Positions 59,775-64,000 of a stretch of DNA of 64,000 bases are shown one piece after another; position 1 is the stretch's first letter, and each line of letters begins with the position of its first letter. The translations under genes were made by a program, and so were the position numbers. Origin of the DNA: Halodesulfurarchaeum sp. Lineage in GTDB: Archaea > Halobacteriota > Halobacteria > Halobacteriales > Halobacteriaceae. The notes under the pieces are model-generated. The model was not told the origin of the DNA. It saw nothing but the letters and a program-made list of their open reading frames with translations, and searched no databases. The stretch spans positions 640,001 to 704,000 of the forward strand of contig JAXHNL010000002.1 of assembly GCA_034520565.1 (NCBI GenBank). Direction: 5' to 3'.

Positions 59775-59867
59775 GGCGGCAGTTCTCTCGGAAGTGTCAT
59801 AAGCCCAAACTTCTGACCTTCTTTAGGCGACAATTATTTAGCCGCCGGTCCTGTATTCCCGCCTACG

Positions 59868-60479
59868 ATGATGGCCACCACCCACGCGCTCGTGGGTATT
59901 GCAATCGCGGCCGGCGCTTCCCTGGCCGTCCCGGAAGTCACTGTCGTCGGCGCGTTCGCGGCTGCTGCCGGCGGCATATTTCCGGATCTCGATCTGTACG
60001 CGGGTCACCGCGAGACCCTCCATTTCCCGGTCTATTTCACGTGGCTGGCCGTGCCTGCCGTCGTGGTCGCGGCGATTCTCGCTGCGCCGCTCGTCTGGGC
60101 CATCGCGCTCTTTTTCGTCGCCGCCGCTGCCCACTCGGTCATGGATGCGGCGGGTGGCGGTCTCGAACTGCGCCCCTGGAAGGCCACCTCCGACCGGGCC
60201 GTCTACAGCCATTACCACGGGCGATGGCTCCGTCCCCGGCGATACGTGCCCTACGACGGGGCCCCCGAAGACCTCGCGCTGGGCGGCCTGGTTGCCATCC
60301 CGGGGCTCCTCGTCTTCGATGGCCCCCTTGCGACGGCGATTCTGGTGTTACTGGGCCTTTCGGCTGTCTACACGCTCGTTCGCAAGCCAATGGTCGCCGT
60401 CGCGGAGTGGCTCTTCGAGCGGGTTCCCGGACCGATCCGGGCCAGACTTCCCGAGCGCTTCCTCGAGGAGACCGTTTGA
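59868..60479 (+). CDS. Membrane-bound metal-dependent hydrolase
   Basis: TTH, PDLD, HRETLH, HSVMD. Confidence 0.88.
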   Translation: MMATTHALVGIAIAAGASLAVPEVTVVGAFAAAAGGIFPDLDLYAGHRETLHFPVYFTWLAVPAVVVAAILAAPLVWAIALFFVAAAAHSVMDAAGGGLELRPWKATSDRAVYSHYHGRWLRPRRYVPYDGAPEDLALGGLVAIPGLLVFDGPLATAILVLLGLSAVYTLVRKPMVAVAEWLFERVPGPIRARLPERFLEETV

Positions 60480-60524
60480 GCGAAGATACGAAGTCTTAAC
60501 CACCGGGCCGCCTCACAGCCCGAT

Positions 60525-61385
60525 ATGCCGCAGTTCGAGGTCCCGGAGGTCGATTACAGCCGGTACTCGAACCGCCAGCTTATGGCGATCCCGCTGGCGG
60601 TACTTCTCGCCGCGCTCCTGATCGTCGGCGGGATGTGGGTCCTGACCGGTTCGCCGGCCAACCTGGGAGTCGACTTTTCGGGTGGATCGGAACTGACCGT
60701 GGAAACCAGCCTGTCCTCGGCAGACCTCGCCTCGCAGTTCGACGAACCGGTCGTCTCCGTGCAGGGGATCGAGGGCGGAGACAACTACGTCGTGACCTTC
60801 GAGACCGCCAACGTCGGCTCGGTGCGGGAAACGGCCGATGCCCACGACTCGATTACCGTTCTCGGGAGCGGGGAGACCTCGCCGATCTTCGGCGACGAAA
60901 ACAAGAAGTGGGCGCTCATCGGCCTCGCGATCGCCTTCACGGGCATGAGTGTCCTCGCGTTCCTGCTCTTTCGGACCTTCATCCCGAGTCTGGCGATCGT
61001 CGTCTCGGCGTTCTCCGATATGCTCGTTCCGATCGCGGTGTTCAACCTGCTGGGGTTGAAGCTCTCTCTGGGGACCGTTGCCGCCCTGCTGATGCTCATC
61101 GGGTACTCCGTGGACTCGGACATCCTGTTGACGAATCACGTGCTCAGGCGCTCCGGTGACTTCTACGAATCGACCTACCGGGCCATGGAGACCGGTGTCA
61201 CCATGACGGTCACCTCCATTGCGGCCATGGCCGTGATGGGGATCGCGGCGACCTTCTTCGGGATCGAACTCATGGCCTCGATCGGACTCATTCTGGTCAT
61301 CGGCCTGAGTACCGACCTCGTCAACACCTACATGTTCAACGTCTCCCTGCTTCGCTGGTACAAGTACGAGGGGGTGGCCCGATGA
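60525..61385 (+). CDS. secF: Protein translocase subunit SecF
   Basis: GVDFSGG, IGYSVDSDI. Confidence 0.95.
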   Translation: MPQFEVPEVDYSRYSNRQLMAIPLAVLLAALLIVGGMWVLTGSPANLGVDFSGGSELTVETSLSSADLASQFDEPVVSVQGIEGGDNYVVTFETANVGSVRETADAHDSITVLGSGETSPIFGDENKKWALIGLAIAFTGMSVLAFLLFRTFIPSLAIVVSAFSDMLVPIAVFNLLGLKLSLGTVAALLMLIGYSVDSDILLTNHVLRRSGDFYESTYRAMETGVTMTVTSIAAMAVMGIAATFFGIELMASIGLILVIGLSTDLVNTYMFNVSLLRWYKYEGVAR

Positions 61386-62932
61386 ACGTCCGTGACAACT
61401 GGCGGCTCGTCCTGCTCGTGGTCCTGATCGTGTTGAGCGGGGTCGCGCTGTTCGTCCCGGGTGCCCCGGCCGGGAGCGCCGACGACGGGACGGTGAGTCA
61501 GGCCGACGCGACGACGAACCTCCAGTACGGCATTCAGCTGAGCGGTGGCACTCGTATCCGCGCCCCGCCGGTGGGGATCACCGCCGAGGAGGTGGCGGTG
61601 CCGATCACCGAGGAAACCGCACTCGCCCAGTCGATCGCCGACCGCCTCGACGTCGATTCGATCGACGTGCGAGCCGCCAACGAAACCAACACGGTCGAGG
61701 TCTTCACGAAGGACGTGAGCGAATCGGACCTCCGGGCGGCCCTCGAGGCCGAGGGCTATGACCCCGGAGAAATCCGGACCGGCGTGACCGAACAAACCCT
61801 GAACGAACTGGTCGAACGCGTCGACGAGAAACTGACCGAGTCCGCCCTGAGCGGGGGCTCGGTTCAGAAGATCACCCTCGGGGGCCGCCAGGTCGTCAGT
61901 ATCACGGCTCCCGACCGCGACCGCGAGGAGCTCCTCTCGATTCTGGAAGACCGTGGTGTGGTCAGGATCTACGCCGTGACCTCGGCCGCGAACGGCACGT
62001 ACGCTCACACGCAGGTCTTGAGCCAGGACGAGTTCGCTCGGGTCGGCACCGCCCGGACGAACCAGGACGGCGAGCCGGGCGTCCAGGTGACGATCGACGA
62101 GGCCGTGGCCGAGTCCTTCTCGAATGAGATGGTGGAGTTGGGCTTCGGTGACGGCTCGACCTGTACGGCCGCCGCCGCGGACCACGATTCGGTCGAAACC
62201 ATCGAAGGAGACTGCATGGTGACGACGCTCAACGGCAACCCGGTCTTCGTCGGCGGCGTCGAGCTCAGTCTCGGCGAGGACTTCGTGAGCGGGGACTTCG
62301 CCAAGAGCCCCACCTTCACGATGACGACCACCTCGATGGAGGAGGCCCGGAACCTCGAGTTGAGCCTGAAGGCCGGTCGCCTGCCGGCCCCGCTGGACTT
62401 CGAGCAGGCCGACAGCCTCTCGCTCTCGCCGGCGCTCGCAGACCGGTTCAAGACCAACTCGCTGATCGTCGGGATCATGGCGGTGCTCGCGGTGAGCCTC
62501 GTGGTCTACTGGCGCTACCGGCGGCCCGAGGTCGCCGCCCCGATGGTCGTCACGGCGCTCTCGGAGGTGTTCATCCTGCTGGGATTCGTGGCTTTCGTCC
62601 AGTATCCGCTCAATCTCTCCCACATCGCCGGATTCATCGCGGTCATCGGGACGGGGGTGGACGACCTGATCATCATCGCCGACGAGATCCTCCAGCAGGG
62701 GGACGTGGCCACGGGCCGGGTGTTCCAGAGCCGCTTCCGGAAGGCCTTCTGGGTAATCGGCGCGGCCGCGGCGACGACCATCGTCGCGATGAGCCCGCTG
62801 ACGGTGCTCTCGCTGGGCGATCTCTCCGGCTTCGCGATCATCACCATCGTCGGGGTCCTTATCGGGGTCTTCATCACCCGACCCGCGTACGGTGACATCC
62901 TCCGGAACCTCGTGCTCGCCCGGCGGGACTGA
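61382..62932 (+). CDS. secD: Protein translocase subunit SecD
   Basis: GIQLSGG, LKAGRLP, IGTGVDD, FITRP. Confidence 0.95.
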   Translation: MNVRDNWRLVLLVVLIVLSGVALFVPGAPAGSADDGTVSQADATTNLQYGIQLSGGTRIRAPPVGITAEEVAVPITEETALAQSIADRLDVDSIDVRAANETNTVEVFTKDVSESDLRAALEAEGYDPGEIRTGVTEQTLNELVERVDEKLTESALSGGSVQKITLGGRQVVSITAPDRDREELLSILEDRGVVRIYAVTSAANGTYAHTQVLSQDEFARVGTARTNQDGEPGVQVTIDEAVAESFSNEMVELGFGDGSTCTAAAADHDSVETIEGDCMVTTLNGNPVFVGGVELSLGEDFVSGDFAKSPTFTMTTTSMEEARNLELSLKAGRLPAPLDFEQADSLSLSPALADRFKTNSLIVGIMAVLAVSLVVYWRYRRPEVAAPMVVTALSEVFILLGFVAFVQYPLNLSHIAGFIAVIGTGVDDLIIIADEILQQGDVATGRVFQSRFRKAFWVIGAAAATTIVAMSPLTVLSLGDLSGFAIITIVGVLIGVFITRPAYGDILRNLVLARRD

Positions 62933-62935
62933 CCG

Positions 62936-63577
62936 TCAGAACTCGTCCAGGTCCGACTGGGCGGCCGCAGCGAGGACGTCAGCGCTCGTTTTCCAGGTTC
63001 GACGCGCACAGGCGGGGAGTTCGCCGTTCGTCTCGACGTACTCGCCGAGAAAGGTTCGTGTCCGTTCGTCGCCCGGATAGCCGCTCCCGATCGGCGCGTC
63101 GTACTCCTCTTCGAGTGCCACAACGTGGGCGTCGCGGGCGACCTTGGCCACGACGCTTGCGGCACTCACCAGCGGATAGCGCTCGTCGGCCCGGTGTTCG
63201 GCCCTGATTTCGAGGTCCGCGTCGGCCCGGGCGGCCACCCGGCGGCCGAATCGGTCGGCGTCGACGTCGCCCGCGTCGACGTACCCTTTCGCTCCGGCCA
63301 CGTCGACGGCTTCGAGCGCGCGGGCGTGGGCAGCGACGGTGAGTTCGTTCATGTCCGTCGCGGGATCGTCGATCTCGGACACCGGGATCTCCGCGAGGCC
63401 GATCGAGACATCCGGGTCGGCCCGGAGTTGGGCTGCCAGTTCCTCGCGGCGCTCGGGCGTGAGCGACTTCGAATCGGCGATTGCTGGTGGCAAAACGTCT
63501 TCCTCGGCGACGACGCATGCGGCAAACATCGAGCCGAGGACGGGCCCTTTCCCCGCCTCGTCGACGCCGAAGGGCAT
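62936..63577 (-). CDS. rnhB: Ribonuclease HII
   Basis: GVDEAGKGP, DSK, SAASVVAKVARD, GSGYP. Confidence 0.97.
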   Translation of the reverse strand: MPFGVDEAGKGPVLGSMFAACVVAEEDVLPPAIADSKSLTPERREELAAQLRADPDVSIGLAEIPVSEIDDPATDMNELTVAAHARALEAVDVAGAKGYVDAGDVDADRFGRRVAARADADLEIRAEHRADERYPLVSAASVVAKVARDAHVVALEEEYDAPIGSGYPGDERTRTFLGEYVETNGELPACARRTWKTSADVLAAAAQSDLDEF

Positions 63578-63661
63578 AGCTGCGTCATCGACGACTCGCG
63601 GGTTAGTCGTTTCGGGCCGCGATAGCGGATCGCCGGATCAAAACGTGGCCGACCGTCCAAC

Positions 63662-64000
63662 TCAGGCCGGTGGTTCGCGGAAGTACGCCTCGTCCTCGAA
63701 CGGTTCGTCCTCACCTTCGACGGCCAGCACGTCGAGAGCGGTCACGTGACAGTCGACGCCGAGTTCCCCGGCCAGACTGGGGGTGGTCCGGCCGGCGTCG
63801 GAACTCACGAGTTCCTTGACGTAGAGTCCTCCTTCCCCGTGGATCTCGACGGTGGCTTCGGTCGGCGTTTCGAGGCTTCCGGAGATGGCATAGACCGTCC
63901 GGGTCCGGACCTTCGACGCCCGGCGGTGGTCGACCCGCTGGGGGGTCTCCTGTTCGATCGTGGCGCTGTCAAGCGTTTCCAGCGCGTCCTGGAGGGCCGC
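63662..64000 (-). CDS. pus10: tRNA pseudouridine(54/55) synthase, C-terminal part (truncated by window)
   Basis: QETPQRVDHRRA, GGLYVKELVSSDAGRTTPSL. Confidence 0.9.
   Translation of the reverse strand, partial: AALQDALETLDSATIEQETPQRVDHRRASKVRTRTVYAISGSLETPTEATVEIHGEGGLYVKELVSSDAGRTTPSLAGELGVDCHVTALDVLAVEGEDEPFEDEAYFREPPA

Noticed and set aside
59820-59845. TTAGGC half-site resembling a DtxR box
   Set aside because: No matching CCTAA half; more likely the BRE/TATA region of divergent promoters.

Overview
High-GC chromosomal segment of a halophilic archaeon (Halobacteriales-type acidic proteome, leaderless/overlapping genes). Mostly core genes: upp, hisA/hisB/hisI, 2Fe-2S ferredoxin, prepilin peptidase, an MCM helicase with two inteins, an mcm-linked cluster of unknowns with two MinD/ParA proteins and a TFB, ileS, prs, a phosphohexomutase, a DtxR regulator, an ASH-type helicase, RPA/RPAP, an Fe ABC transporter with three DtxR-type boxes, hisS, truA, pepF, heme genes (hemY/G-like oxidase, radical SAM, hemA), PAN, pdaD, infB, pgi, secDF, rnhB and part of pus10, plus tRNA-Pro(UGG) and tRNA-His(GUG). 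The accessory or odd signals are: (i) arrays of fold-back elements behind both tRNAs whose arms copy the 3' end of their own host tRNA; (ii) a low-GC left-edge islet with a coupled gene pair ending in a wHTH-HEPN-like protein missed by the ORF track, plus an HTH gene and a possible decayed PemK toxin; (iii) a large MCM intein with extra HTH domains, one inside splicing block F; (iv) a frameshifted type IV pilin; (v) unannotated microproteins. Family names come from motif recognition and memory; no searches were run.
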